From Candidatus Micrarchaeota archaeon (lineage in GTDB: Archaea > Micrarchaeota > Micrarchaeia > Anstonellales > Bilamarchaeaceae): a stretch of DNA of 64,000 nucleotides. This document shows positions 17,729-27,485 of the stretch, piece by piece. Below the pieces are notes generated by a model that did no database searches, was not told where the DNA came from, and worked only from the letters and a program-made list of their open reading frames with translations. Where the stretch lies: assembly GCA_032123335.1 (NCBI GenBank), contig JAQBFN010000001.1:1244-65243 (forward strand), in the 5' to 3' direction. The translations under genes and the position numbers were made by a program. Position 1 is the stretch's first letter. Each line of letters starts with the position of its first letter.

Positions 17729-18706
17729 CTAGGAAACAGTTGGGAACTCAAGCGTGGAATCGCAGCTTGCAGTTTCTGCAAAGAATCCTGATATGAATAG
17801 CTTGGGGTAGCCCAGGAAAGGTATCTGGAAAAGGATCTTTCCCTTATAATCCTGGGAAGAAGGGGCAGTGTTCCCAACCATTGCGGAATAATCGTATGCC
17901 TGGATATCGAACATCGGGTTGTTGTCCCCTTTTGTGAGGTAGTATGTTTCGCCCCCGGAATTAATTTTGAAGAAGAGGCGATGGATTATGTCCCCTGTGT
18001 AGGAGTAAAGGTCCCCTGCGGGAGGGGTGTAGATAATCGTGTCGTGGGAAAGGTTTGTGTAGTAGAGTTCATCCCTGAAATCAACGGAGGTGATGCAGGG
18101 GGTTGAGAGAAGAACTTCAGGGGATTCCCTTATGCAGCTCCCATATTGGAATGTGAAGGGGCCCTTTGTTTCTGAGAAGATTGATGGGTCTGAGGCAAAA
18201 AGCGAGCATACATCGTCCTTGTGCTGGATGCAATAGGAGTAGATCGAGCCCTGGAGCTCAAAGCTTCCAAAGCCTTCTGCGGAAACAATGGTTGTGGAGG
18301 ACTGGAGCACTGCAAGCTCCTGCCCGGTTAATTCAATTTCGTATCCAAGCGGCTCTGCGCCCTGCACCAGGATTAAATCCCCTCGTTCTATGTTCGGGAG
18401 CATGGAGCAGGAAACAACCGCGTTTATCGGGACTGCGGTGTTGAGAATGATTGTGAGTGCGAACCAGAGAATAACTATTCCTGCTAAGGAGATTGCTGTG
18501 TCCTTTAGCTCTCCTTTCCACCCGTGCTTTTTGGAGCCCATCCAGATTTCAAGGGCAACCGTCACTATAAGCGCAATCGCGAAAAGAATTCCAAAAATTG
18601 AAATTTTTGTAAGAATATAAAGAAGGAGGAGCACTGCGAGGAAGCCAAGCTGGGCATATGGATTTTGTGTGTATTGCTCAAGGAGTTTTCTGTCCATGAG
18701 CACCAA
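17729..18706 (-). CDS. signal peptidase I, archaeal/Sec11 type (S26), with a large insertion
   Basis: N-terminal TMs. Motifs SCSMLP (SxSMxP catalytic Ser box), ERGDLILV, GDIIHRL (His box) and TKGDNN. About 110 aa lie between the GD and HR boxes. Confidence 0.65.
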   Translation of the reverse strand: MVLMDRKLLEQYTQNPYAQLGFLAVLLLLYILTKISIFGILFAIALIVTVALEIWMGSKKHGWKGELKDTAISLAGIVILWFALTIILNTAVPINAVVSCSMLPNIERGDLILVQGAEPLGYEIELTGQELAVLQSSTTIVSAEGFGSFELQGSIYSYCIQHKDDVCSLFASDPSIFSETKGPFTFQYGSCIRESPEVLLSTPCITSVDFRDELYYTNLSHDTIIYTPPAGDLYSYTGDIIHRLFFKINSGGETYYLTKGDNNPMFDIQAYDYSAMVGNTAPSSQDYKGKILFQIPFLGYPKLFISGFFAETASCDSTLEFPTVS

Positions 18707-18982
18707 CTATGCTTTCATTTTGGAAACAAGGCCGCGGAACTCTGCAACGTCCTTTGTGAGCGAAGTAATTGCTTTTTCCATAGCTTTTATGGGGTCACCT
18801 TTCTTCACCCTTAGGTAGATTCTGGGCTTGGGGATTAGGGGGTGCATTGCCTTGTATGCTGCAGATTCCACTTCAGCCATTTCATTGAGCCTGTGCACAA
18901 GTAGTTCCGGGATGGATGTGTCCTCTCCCACGATTTCGAATTCCAGTTCTGTTTTTTCTTTTTTGAGCAGATTGACTTCCAT
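18707..18982 (-). CDS. rpoL: DNA-directed RNA polymerase subunit L (Rpo11)
   Basis: 91 aa. ELEFEIVGEDTSIPELLVHRLNE...AAYKAMHPL pattern. Confidence 0.85.
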   Translation of the reverse strand: MEVNLLKKEKTELEFEIVGEDTSIPELLVHRLNEMAEVESAAYKAMHPLIPKPRIYLRVKKGDPIKAMEKAITSLTKDVAEFRGLVSKMKA

Positions 18983-18991
18983 AAGAATACC

Positions 18992-19555
18992 TCACAACAT
19001 TATTTTTCCGTAAGCTCTATAATCATTTGCAATTTCCCTTCTCTCCTTGTGGTCGTTCTTGCATACGAGGCCATTGGAGGTTTTTTCCAGGGGTTCCCTG
19101 CACTGGGAGCAGAACGCCTTGATTACCCCGAGATTCGGGTCAACCATAGTCAGCTCTGCCTTTTCGCCTTCAATCTTTACCACTTTTGCGCGGATTATGT
19201 CGCCTACACGGATCGCGTCCCTTGTGGAGGGGGTGAATCCGCTGGACATTGCACGAACAGGGATTTTTCCCTCCGGGGGGGCTGCCGGGAACTGCCCGTC
19301 CTTTTCAGGAGGGTAGATGATTATGATTGCAAAAGAGTCCATTACAATGAGCGCGGTGCCATATACGATGTCGCCGGGCTGGACAGAGGGCTTGCTTGCC
19401 TTTGCCTTGAACTTTCCTTCGGATTCATCCGCAACGCCCATAGTGGAGGCATAAATGTCATCTCCATCTAAATGGGTGGAGGCACTCTCTTCGTAAACCT
19501 CTCCGGGGCCAACATACTCTCCGGGAATAAGCACTTTGTCGCTCATAAATATCAC
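18992..19555 (-). CDS. csl4: exosome complex RNA-binding protein Csl4
   Basis: VLIPGEYVG start, an S1-like middle (GDIIRAKVVKI), and a C-terminal zinc ribbon CSQCREPL...CKNDHKE. Adjacent to rpoL, as is common in archaea. Confidence 0.8.
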   Translation of the reverse strand: MIFMSDKVLIPGEYVGPGEVYEESASTHLDGDDIYASTMGVADESEGKFKAKASKPSVQPGDIVYGTALIVMDSFAIIIIYPPEKDGQFPAAPPEGKIPVRAMSSGFTPSTRDAIRVGDIIRAKVVKIEGEKAELTMVDPNLGVIKAFCSQCREPLEKTSNGLVCKNDHKERREIANDYRAYGKIML

Positions 19556-19585
19556 AGAATTGTTAATGGATTTAGATTAAAAAAG

Positions 19586-19593
19586 TTTATAAA
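19586..19593 (-). promoter_or_regulatory. candidate TATA box (TTTATAAA) for csl4-rpoL
   Basis: Palindromic octamer centred about 35 nt upstream of the csl4 ATG (19555). Spacing fits an archaeal TATA at about -27 with a short leader. Confidence 0.35.
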
Positions 19594-19653
19594 TTGACAC
19601 TTCGGAGCGCCAGGAGACTATCCTGTGCCAGTGGCCTGCTGCCAGAGGGCAGA

Positions 19654-19661
19654 TTTATAAA
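19654..19661 (+). promoter_or_regulatory. candidate TATA box (TTTATAAA) for 19687..20463
   Basis: Same octamer centred about 29 nt upstream of ATG 19687, implying a near-leaderless transcript. Confidence 0.35.
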
Positions 19662-19686
19662 CATTTGTTCCCATTAATTATAACGA

Positions 19687-20463
19687 ATGAATGCCATTGA
19701 GAATACTGATGCAGAAGCAACAGGATTGGCGAAGCTGTGGGACTGGATACGGGAGAAATGGATTGGGTTCAGGCTTGAATACGGCTCAGTCACCGCAGAG
19801 GAATTGAAAGGTTATGGGCAGCTCGGGGCAAAGGCGCTGGTCAAGAACATTATGGCGCAGGGCGGAAAGACTGCCGAGGTAGACACAATCAAGCTTGCCA
19901 AGGCGCTGAACTACGATCCCAACATCGCAATCGCCCTGGGCTTCGTTGCGCTCAATGCGGATTGGGTGAGGAAAAGAATTGCAATAAGGGTTTTCGGGGA
20001 GGGGGGAAACGACGCAGTAGCAGCAGGCCAGCTGGTTGATGTACTGCAGGGCCTCTGGAAAAAGGAGAATGCCGCTATCCTAAGGGGGGAGGCCCCAGAT
20101 GAGAAGGAGCTTGCCCTGCAGCAGATGGCAATAAACTCACTAGGGATGGTGGCGGAGAGGCTCTCGTTCAGGGATTATGTGGCACTGGCTACGGCCGAGA
20201 AAAAAGAGCAGCGGATGTGGGCGCTCAGGAACCTTAACCCCTTCCGGCTTTCTGAAGAAGAGGTGGAGACGCTTAGGGGGCTGGGGAGGATTCTGAAAAA
20301 AATGCAGCATGATTCCAGGGAGGAGCTGGGGCAGTTGAGAAGGCTAATTTCCACCTGGGAAGCAGACCGGATTGTTATGGGGAAAGTGAAGGGACCCCAG
20401 AATAATGGGAAGCCCGAACCGCCCAAGAGGGCAGAAAAGGAGTGCAAGAAGGCCAGGACATGA
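19687..20463 (+). CDS. hypothetical helical-repeat protein
   Basis: 258-aa ORF, helical, with weak HEAT-like strings and a basic C-terminal tail. No family recognised. Confidence 0.5.
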   Translation: MNAIENTDAEATGLAKLWDWIREKWIGFRLEYGSVTAEELKGYGQLGAKALVKNIMAQGGKTAEVDTIKLAKALNYDPNIAIALGFVALNADWVRKRIAIRVFGEGGNDAVAAGQLVDVLQGLWKKENAAILRGEAPDEKELALQQMAINSLGMVAERLSFRDYVALATAEKKEQRMWALRNLNPFRLSEEEVETLRGLGRILKKMQHDSREELGQLRRLISTWEADRIVMGKVKGPQNNGKPEPPKRAEKECKKART

Positions 20464-20535
20464 CGGAAGGGCCCGAAGGGGCGCTGAGAAAATGCCTCCA
20501 AAAGAATTTTAAATGCGAACGAAGGTGTTTATGGC

Positions 20536-21774
20536 ATGGTCAAACCTCTTCTGATACTGTGCATAGACAGGGATAACGACCTGTACGAAAAGGCAAAGAT
20601 ACACGGGCCAGTTATCGGAAGAGAGGAAAATTTCAAGGCTGCGACCAAGCTTGCGCTTGCAGACCCGGAGGAGCCGGACGCGAACAGCATATTCTATGCA
20701 ATCAAATTGTATGACCAGCTTTCAAAAGAGAAGAAGGATGTGGAAGTGATTACGCTTACAGGGCACAAGAAGATAGGGTACCGCTCTGACCAGGAAATAA
20801 GCAAGCAGCTCAACAGGATCCTGAATGAGATTCCTGCGGAATCCTGCATATTCGTATCGGACGGGGCATCGGATGAGGTGATGCTCCCGGTCATCCGCTC
20901 AAGAATCAAGATTGATGCGGTCAAGCTTGTGGTGATGAAACAGGCAAAGGAGCTGGAAAAAACATACTTCGTGATTCTGGAGAAGCTGAAGGACCCGCAC
21001 TACTCAAGGATTATTTTCGGGATTCCTGCCATTTTGATACTTCTGTTTTCGCTCTCGGCAATAATGGGCTGGGAGATAAAGTTTGTGGGGGTGCTCATCG
21101 GCCTCTACCTGATTACCAAAGGATTCGGGATAGAAGACGCACTTCTCGGGGGAGTGAAGGATTTCCGGGTCTCGCTTGAGAAAAATACCTGGATTCCGTA
21201 CATACCTGCACTGGTAATGTTCCTCCTGTCCTTCTGGATGGGGCAGGAAGCATATACCCGGGGGATTGCGCTCGGGCTGGACCAGCTAAAAAATTCCGCA
21301 TATGTGTTCAAAGCAGTCATCTTCCCAATTTCCATGGGAATTGTTTTCCTTGTTGCGGGAAAGAGCGCAGAGGCATATACTGACCAGAGGAAATTCGCAA
21401 TTACAGGATATGGGAGGACCCTTGTGGCTGTGCTGCTCACCGCGCTTGTGCTGAGCGTGGGCTCCCAGTGGGTGCTCAACATCGAACCCCCGTATGTAGG
21501 CTTTGGGGAATTCCTCTTCGTAATGGTTTACGTAATTGTGCTTGGATACCTTGCAACTACTGTAATAGAGATGATGCGGAAGGAAAGCATACTGGGCATG
21601 AAGCTGGATGGGAAAGAGGTTATTTCGGATACCGGGAGCTTCCTTGGGAAAATCCTTGGGGTGGATGGGAAGAAAGAGCTTATCGTGATACAGAGCTACC
21701 TTGGGAGGAAGTTCACGCTTCAGTTCAGGCACATTACATCCATTGGGGAAAATGTGCTGGTAAGGACTAGCTAG
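20536..21774 (+). CDS. DUF373 family archaeal membrane protein
   Basis: Soluble N-terminal domain LILCIDRDNDLYEKAKI...ALADPEEPDANSIFYAIKLYD followed by about 6 TMs. Recalled as the DUF373 pattern. Confidence 0.65.
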   Translation: MVKPLLILCIDRDNDLYEKAKIHGPVIGREENFKAATKLALADPEEPDANSIFYAIKLYDQLSKEKKDVEVITLTGHKKIGYRSDQEISKQLNRILNEIPAESCIFVSDGASDEVMLPVIRSRIKIDAVKLVVMKQAKELEKTYFVILEKLKDPHYSRIIFGIPAILILLFSLSAIMGWEIKFVGVLIGLYLITKGFGIEDALLGGVKDFRVSLEKNTWIPYIPALVMFLLSFWMGQEAYTRGIALGLDQLKNSAYVFKAVIFPISMGIVFLVAGKSAEAYTDQRKFAITGYGRTLVAVLLTALVLSVGSQWVLNIEPPYVGFGEFLFVMVYVIVLGYLATTVIEMMRKESILGMKLDGKEVISDTGSFLGKILGVDGKKELIVIQSYLGRKFTLQFRHITSIGENVLVRTS

Positions 21775-21786
21775 ATTATTCATTAC

Positions 21787-23796
21787 TCAGTTTTTGAACT
21801 GCTTCTTTATTGCGGTAAGGAGCTTCGTCTTTTTGGGCCCCTCTTGAAGAACATAGTTGAGTACATCCGCAATATTCTCCACAGGGTAAATCTTGATCTT
21901 GCCCTTCATGCCCTTCCTGAGGTAAACATCCTGTACATTGGACTTGGGGATCAGGACCTTCATTATGCCTGCTTCGTATGCGGCTTCCACTTTTGCGGTT
22001 ACGCCCCCTACCGGGAGGACCTCGCCGCGCACGGAAAGCGAGCCTGTCATTGCATAGCTTGAATCCACTGCAATCTCTTCAAGGTCGGAGATTACTGCAA
22101 CTGCAATGGAAATGGATGCGGAATCCCCCTCCACTCCCTCATAGGTTTGGAGAAACTGGATATGGATGTCCTTATTTGAGAGATTTCCACTGGTATATTT
22201 CTTGAAAATTGCAGAAACATTTTCTACTGCTTCCTTTGCAATTATACCTAGTTTTCCGGTTGCGATTATTTTGCCTCCAGACTTGGAAGCGGAAGGAGTA
22301 ACTTCCGCAACAAGCGGGAGCACAAGCCCGGAGAATGCATCTCCCACAACCGCAAGGCCGTTTACCTTCCCTATTGAATACCCTGAAATTGCAAAAACCT
22401 GGTAATCCTTCTTCTTTTCTATGAGCTTGCCAATGATTTGGGATTCGATGGGCTTCGCAAGCTTCTTTGCCATTTCAACGTGCTTGCGGGTAACTACCTT
22501 GGCCTCTTCGTCCATTGCAATATCTCCTGCAGCACGAAGGAGTCCCCCTATTTCACGCAGGTTCATTGTGAATGATTTCCGTTTCCCTGAAAGGCGGCGG
22601 GCCTCTTCAATAATCTCCAGTACTGCGTCTTTTGTGAAATGGGGAATACGGCCGTCCTTCTTGATTTCCTGGGCAACAAACTGCACGAGGCTTGCCTCAT
22701 TTTCAGGGTTGTCGTCCATTGAATCTTCCACATATACTTCATAACCTTCTCCGCGTATGCGGGAGCGAAGCGCAGGGTGTATATGGTTAAGGTCCGGAAC
22801 ATTTCCCGCTGCAACAAGAACGAAATCTGAAGGTGCAGGCTCTGTGCGCACCAGGGCCCCTGAAGAGAGGTCGCTCTGCCCGGTAATAGCGTATTTGCGC
22901 TCCTGCATTGCAGTAAGGAGCTCCTGCTGCCAGTTCATCTTAAGCGAAGCAATCTCATCTATAAAGAGAACACCGTGGTTTGCTTTGTGGATTGCGCCGG
23001 ACTCCACACGAAGGTGGGCAGGTGTGCCAAGGCCTCCGGACTGAAGCGGGTCGTGTTTCACGTCCCCGAGAAGGGCGCCTGCACGGCTTCCAGTTGCATC
23101 AATGAAAGGTGCTGTTTTACGCCCTGTGTTGTCCACGATTACTTTGTAGTTCATTTGCTTCTGGGGACCCATGCGATTGGTGAGGCCCATTGCTGCATTT
23201 GAAACAAAGTAAAGTATTGCAAGGCCAAATAGCGCGGCAAAAATAAACCATTTCTGGTCATCCGGGATTTCCAAAAGGAACGTAACCGCGATTGCAACTA
23301 TGCCGAAAATTGTGAGCAGGAAAATGGGTGAAATTCCTCCCTCCTTTCTGTCAGTCCTGGATTGTGCCTTGGAGAATGTAGACATCCTGCGGGCAAGGCT
23401 TGTGTTGAGGATAGTCGGAAGGTCCTTCCGCTTGTCCTTGGCGGAAAGCTCCGCAATTTTTGCCCTCTCCACCGGGCTGTAGAACTTCATATATGAGGGA
23501 TTCTTGGAAAGGAATGCAAGGTCTGGAAAGGAGGATACCGATTTTATGAGAGGATTATTGTCGTTGTTGGGATTTTCATATGCGAGAACGTCTTCCAGTT
23601 CCTTGGAGGGAAGAAGCTCGGCCATTGCCTGGGCAAGCATGCTTTTTCCTGTTCCGGGAGGGCCGATAAGGAGCACGTGCCTTTTCTGTTTTGCTGCTTT
23701 CCTCACTATTTCCACTGCCCGGTCCTGACCTATCACCTGGTCTATCAGGCGAGTTGGGACAACAATCTCCTCAGTGGTTTTGAATTTCTTCATCAA
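21787..23796 (-). CDS. lonB: archaeal membrane-bound Lon protease (LonB)
   Basis: Walker A GPPGTGKS, two TM helices inserted in the AAA+ module, and a C-terminal protease domain with GVEGDSASI (catalytic Ser). Confidence 0.9.
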   Translation of the reverse strand: MMKKFKTTEEIVVPTRLIDQVIGQDRAVEIVRKAAKQKRHVLLIGPPGTGKSMLAQAMAELLPSKELEDVLAYENPNNDNNPLIKSVSSFPDLAFLSKNPSYMKFYSPVERAKIAELSAKDKRKDLPTILNTSLARRMSTFSKAQSRTDRKEGGISPIFLLTIFGIVAIAVTFLLEIPDDQKWFIFAALFGLAILYFVSNAAMGLTNRMGPQKQMNYKVIVDNTGRKTAPFIDATGSRAGALLGDVKHDPLQSGGLGTPAHLRVESGAIHKANHGVLFIDEIASLKMNWQQELLTAMQERKYAITGQSDLSSGALVRTEPAPSDFVLVAAGNVPDLNHIHPALRSRIRGEGYEVYVEDSMDDNPENEASLVQFVAQEIKKDGRIPHFTKDAVLEIIEEARRLSGKRKSFTMNLREIGGLLRAAGDIAMDEEAKVVTRKHVEMAKKLAKPIESQIIGKLIEKKKDYQVFAISGYSIGKVNGLAVVGDAFSGLVLPLVAEVTPSASKSGGKIIATGKLGIIAKEAVENVSAIFKKYTSGNLSNKDIHIQFLQTYEGVEGDSASISIAVAVISDLEEIAVDSSYAMTGSLSVRGEVLPVGGVTAKVEAAYEAGIMKVLIPKSNVQDVYLRKGMKGKIKIYPVENIADVLNYVLQEGPKKTKLLTAIKKQFKN

Positions 23797-23797
23797 T

Positions 23798-25075
23798 TCA
23801 CTTCCCGATTATTTGCACGTTTTCAAACCAGACTTCCGGAGAAACCAGGCTCCCATCAACGTGCTGGACATTGCCAAAGTGCTTTATGCTATTGAAAAGG
23901 TTAAATATGTTGCCGGTAAGCAGGATGTCTGAGACGGGGGTCTTTTTCCCATTTTCATGGAACACTGAGATATCCACATTTACTCCGAAATCCCCGGAAA
24001 CAGGGTCTGCGGTATGGAGGCCGTGGAAAGAAATTACCTCCAGGTATTTTTCCTCTTTTCCTGAGAATTTTCCTGGTGCAATTACCAGGTTTGTGATTCC
24101 GGGGGAAGGAGTGGATGCGTAATCCGTGCGCTGGCAGCTCCCCCCTTCATTTACTCCTTCGAGTGCTGCAGTGTATTTATCGTAGAGGAAGTTGCGCACC
24201 ACGCCTTTCTCCACGAGCGGGAGTGGGGCGGATGGGGCTCCCTCCCCATCAAATGGGCAGGAGGAATCCGCATCTGCAAGCGGGTCGCTTATCAGTGTAA
24301 AAGAGCTGTCGAACTTCTTTTGCCCTTTTTTGAGCCGCGTTATGCCCCTTCTTTTATTGTCCCCATCAAAGTTGAACATAAGGAAACTGAGGAGGGATGA
24401 GAGCATGTTCGGGGAAAACTTTACGGTGAGCTTCTGGGAGGGGATGGGCTTGGAATCCACCATTATTGCAGCTATTTTTCCTGCTTCATCCCCAAATTTC
24501 CTGAAGCTTTTTGGAAGAAACCTGGAGGAATAGAGAGAGTAGCCCATTCCCTTTCCTTTTTTTGCTTCCGCGTAGATGCTTACTGCAGTGCAATCTGATT
24601 CTGTGCTCAGGCCCTCGGAGTTTGCAATGGATTCCGTGCCTTCGGAAATGGAAACCGAAACCCTTGTGGGCACTGCGCGCTTCTTTATTGCTTCAAGTAT
24701 TTCTTCTACTGCAGTGAATGCAATTTCTGAAGGGAGGCCGGCTATCTTTTTCTCGCAGCCCGGGGACCTGGGATATTTTTTGGGCTGGGGGTCGAAAGAG
24801 AAGTTTGTTTTTGGGGAGATTTTTGAAAGGTAGTCTGCGGTTTTTGCAGCTTTCTGGAAATTCCCCGGGATGTTTGTGTGGGAAAAGCCTACCCTCCCGT
24901 TTTTGATTATTCTTACCCCGTATCCTGCATCTTCAGAGAATTCCTTGGTTTTGTAAGTGTTTCCCGCGTATTCTATAGACAGGGTGGTTGCGCCCGTGAA
25001 ATAGATTTCTGCATCTTTCATGCCCTGGGTACTAAGCATTCTAAGCAGTGCCTCGGGCTTGGGGAAAACTGGCAT
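23798..25075 (-). CDS. TldD/PmbA family metallopeptidase
   Basis: 425 aa. [19 protein letters not shown] and C-terminal GDFGVNV...G pattern typical of PmbA_TldD. Confidence 0.8.
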   Translation of the reverse strand: MPVFPKPEALLRMLSTQGMKDAEIYFTGATTLSIEYAGNTYKTKEFSEDAGYGVRIIKNGRVGFSHTNIPGNFQKAAKTADYLSKISPKTNFSFDPQPKKYPRSPGCEKKIAGLPSEIAFTAVEEILEAIKKRAVPTRVSVSISEGTESIANSEGLSTESDCTAVSIYAEAKKGKGMGYSLYSSRFLPKSFRKFGDEAGKIAAIMVDSKPIPSQKLTVKFSPNMLSSLLSFLMFNFDGDNKRRGITRLKKGQKKFDSSFTLISDPLADADSSCPFDGEGAPSAPLPLVEKGVVRNFLYDKYTAALEGVNEGGSCQRTDYASTPSPGITNLVIAPGKFSGKEEKYLEVISFHGLHTADPVSGDFGVNVDISVFHENGKKTPVSDILLTGNIFNLFNSIKHFGNVQHVDGSLVSPEVWFENVQIIGK

Positions 25076-25110
25076 TGATTTTTTATTCTTTCTTTAGTAT
25101 TTAAAAGGAT

Positions 25111-25638
25111 ATGAGACTTTTCGTTGCGGTAGAAATTCCGGACCTGGTTAAGGAGATGATGGGGGAGTTGGAGGGGGAGCTTCCGGAAGATGGATTGAAA
25201 AGGGTGGATGTGAAGAACCTGCACATTACGCTCAAGTTCCTGGGGGAAGTGGATGAAGCTAAAGTGGAAGAGGTTAAGGCTGCACTGGGCAGGGTGGAAT
25301 TTGCACCCTTTAAGGTTCAGGTTAAGGGAGTTGGGGTGTTTCCCAAAGAGGATTACATAAAGGTTGTTTGGGCAGGAACCGAGAGTGCGGAGCTTAAGGA
25401 GCTTGCGGGGAAGGTGGAGGTTGCGCTTGTATCCAGGTTTGGGAAGGAGGAACGCGGATTTTCCGGGCATTTAACCCTGGCGCGGGTTAAGCGGAAGGTG
25501 GATTTGAAGGAATTTTTGGGGAAGCACAGGGAAGAGGTATTCGGGGGGTTTGCTGTGGATAAGTTCCTGCTTATGAAAAGTGTACTGCAGAAAGGTGGGC
25601 CGGAGTATTCGGTTGTTGAGGAATTTGGGGCAAAATAG
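25111..25638 (+). CDS. thpR: RNA 2',3'-cyclic phosphodiesterase (ThpR/LigT, 2H family)
   Basis: Two HxTx motifs (HITLKF, HLTLAR). 175 aa. Confidence 0.8.
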   Translation: MRLFVAVEIPDLVKEMMGELEGELPEDGLKRVDVKNLHITLKFLGEVDEAKVEEVKAALGRVEFAPFKVQVKGVGVFPKEDYIKVVWAGTESAELKELAGKVEVALVSRFGKEERGFSGHLTLARVKRKVDLKEFLGKHREEVFGGFAVDKFLLMKSVLQKGGPEYSVVEEFGAK

Positions 25639-25672
25639 GGTTTTTAAAACATTTGCCGACATAACCAAACAC

Positions 25673-26104
25673 ATGGAAAAAATAGACAAAACCGGCCTTG
25701 CAATTGTAATAATCGGAGGCAGTGCCCTGGCCATGGGGGCAATATGCGGGATTAAATCAGAAGAAAAAACATATGGGGAATACAGGTCAGAAACACTTGG
25801 GGAGCACATTCTTTCAAACCTTAGGGAGGAAAGGTTGGGGAAAGCTGAGGAGGCCGTGCAGCAGTTCGAGGGGATACGTGCTGCAGGGAATGAAAATGAA
25901 GTGAAAATACTGGAGCGCACAATCGGAAACATGAAAGAGAAATGTGGAAGCTGCAAGGGAATGACGAATCGCCTGAAAGCTGTCAGGGACAGGTGGGAGA
26001 AATCACTGCAGGGAAAACCGGTGAGTGATTTGAAGTGGATGCCAAAACCCCAGAAGCCTGTTTTGAAGAGGGTTCCGCAGAAGCTTGCAAGAAGCAGGTG
26101 CTAA
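25673..26104 (+). CDS. hypothetical single-TM protein
   Basis: The track ORF opens at 25580 inside thpR. An internal Met (MEKIDKTGLAIVIIGGSALAMGAICG...) gives a non-overlapping 143-aa product. Confidence 0.4.
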   Translation: MEKIDKTGLAIVIIGGSALAMGAICGIKSEEKTYGEYRSETLGEHILSNLREERLGKAEEAVQQFEGIRAAGNENEVKILERTIGNMKEKCGSCKGMTNRLKAVRDRWEKSLQGKPVSDLKWMPKPQKPVLKRVPQKLARSRC

Positions 26105-26163
26105 TTCGGTAGTTATTTAAAGTCTTTCAATAGTAATAAATCCTATCATTTTTGGTGATAATT

Positions 26164-26319
26164 ATGGGAAAGTTTCCTGAAGCAGATGCAGAAATAGCGG
26201 CCACCTGGATATGCAGGAGATGCAAGGCCAGGAACAAGAGGGGAGTAGCAAAATGCAGGAAGTGCGGCTCCAAGTACCTCAGGCCAAAGAACAAGGAAAT
26301 CAAGGCTAAGAAAGCATGA
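26164..26319 (+). CDS. rpl40e: 50S ribosomal protein L40e
   Basis: Too short for the ORF track. Hand translation MGKFPEADAEIAATWICRRCKARNKRGVAKCRKCGSKYLRPKNKEIKAKKA (51 aa) has CxxC...CxxC. Confidence 0.8.
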   Translation: MGKFPEADAEIAATWICRRCKARNKRGVAKCRKCGSKYLRPKNKEIKAKKA

Positions 26320-26387
26320 CGCTTCGAAGTGCCCGCTAAGCGGCACAAACGCTTCGAAGTGGCATAGAGCTTTCTTTTTACCTATTT

Positions 26388-27485
26388 TTATTCTTCTTCC
26401 TCTTCGTCATCGTCCCCGCCGCCTTCCTTAAATATTATTCCGGCGAGCCCGGGGATTTTTCCCATTTTCTGTATTGTATCAAGAAGGTCGCGCAAACCCA
26501 TGTTCTTAACTCTTTTCTTTACTGCGAGCAGGAACTCCAGATCGGCAATGAGCATGTCCACTACTATTGTTTCCGCAATCTTTTTCTGCGCTTTCAGGAG
26601 GGTTACGTACCTTTCCTTTGAGAGGTGAGGAAGCTCCATCACAAGGGTTTCCATGGGAATGTCAGTTACCTCCAGCTCTTCTATTACGTGCTCAAATGCC
26701 TGTATCTGGAGCTCAACCTGGTGGATTGTTTCCGCGCGCATTTCCTCAACTTCCCTGAGGGTTTCCACCGCAACTATTTCCTCAGGAATTCCGTCTTTTT
26801 CTATTTGCTGCTCCACCCTGTCGAATACTTCCGGGGCAACAATCATTCCTGCTGCGCCCCCAAAGGGTTTGGGGGACTCAATTTCTATTTTGTTGAGTGC
26901 AATTTCGAGCTTTACGGGGTCCACAACCTGGCGCGCAAGCGGAGTGGCTACATTAGTGTAGAGAGGGTATGTGGATTTCTGGCCTACGGACTGGTCCAGG
27001 GCCATCGCGGTCTGTGCTGCATTTTGGATGGGCTCCCCCACTTTCTGCTTCTGCATATAATCTGTGGTGCTAGTGCTTACGTGCTCCTTTATTACCTGAA
27101 CTTCATCTGTTTCAGGATTATAGTATACCAAGCTAAAGCTGGTGGTGGAAATTCCTTCAGTTTCAGAAGCTTCTTCTGTTGAAACAGTATGCTTTTCTTC
27201 ATGGTGCTCCTGCACAACCTTTTCCGCATCCCCTGCAAGTACCTGGCCCATGCGGTGCATTTCCCTTTCCTGCTGCTCAAGGGACTGGAGAAGGACTGCG
27301 GGCAGCATCATCTGCTGGGTCATCAGGGGACCCTGGATGGGAGTCATTGCTGCAAAATCAAAGAGCTGGAGCATACCCTGGGGAAGCATTGCATGTTTGG
27401 ACATGCTGGAGAAATCTGCAGAAAGCAATTTAACTCTTGAGGGCTTTTCCGAAGGAGCAAATATCCGCATCGGTCTTGATTCCAA
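26388..27485 (-). CDS. hypothetical protein with poly-acidic C-terminus
   Basis: 365-aa ORF ending GGGDDDEEEEE. Q/M-rich N-terminal part. The 5' end overlaps the trm1 stop, so the true start may be an internal Met. Confidence 0.5.
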   Translation of the reverse strand: MESRPMRIFAPSEKPSRVKLLSADFSSMSKHAMLPQGMLQLFDFAAMTPIQGPLMTQQMMLPAVLLQSLEQQEREMHRMGQVLAGDAEKVVQEHHEEKHTVSTEEASETEGISTTSFSLVYYNPETDEVQVIKEHVSTSTTDYMQKQKVGEPIQNAAQTAMALDQSVGQKSTYPLYTNVATPLARQVVDPVKLEIALNKIEIESPKPFGGAAGMIVAPEVFDRVEQQIEKDGIPEEIVAVETLREVEEMRAETIHQVELQIQAFEHVIEELEVTDIPMETLVMELPHLSKERYVTLLKAQKKIAETIVVDMLIADLEFLLAVKKRVKNMGLRDLLDTIQKMGKIPGLAGIIFKEGGGDDDEEEEE

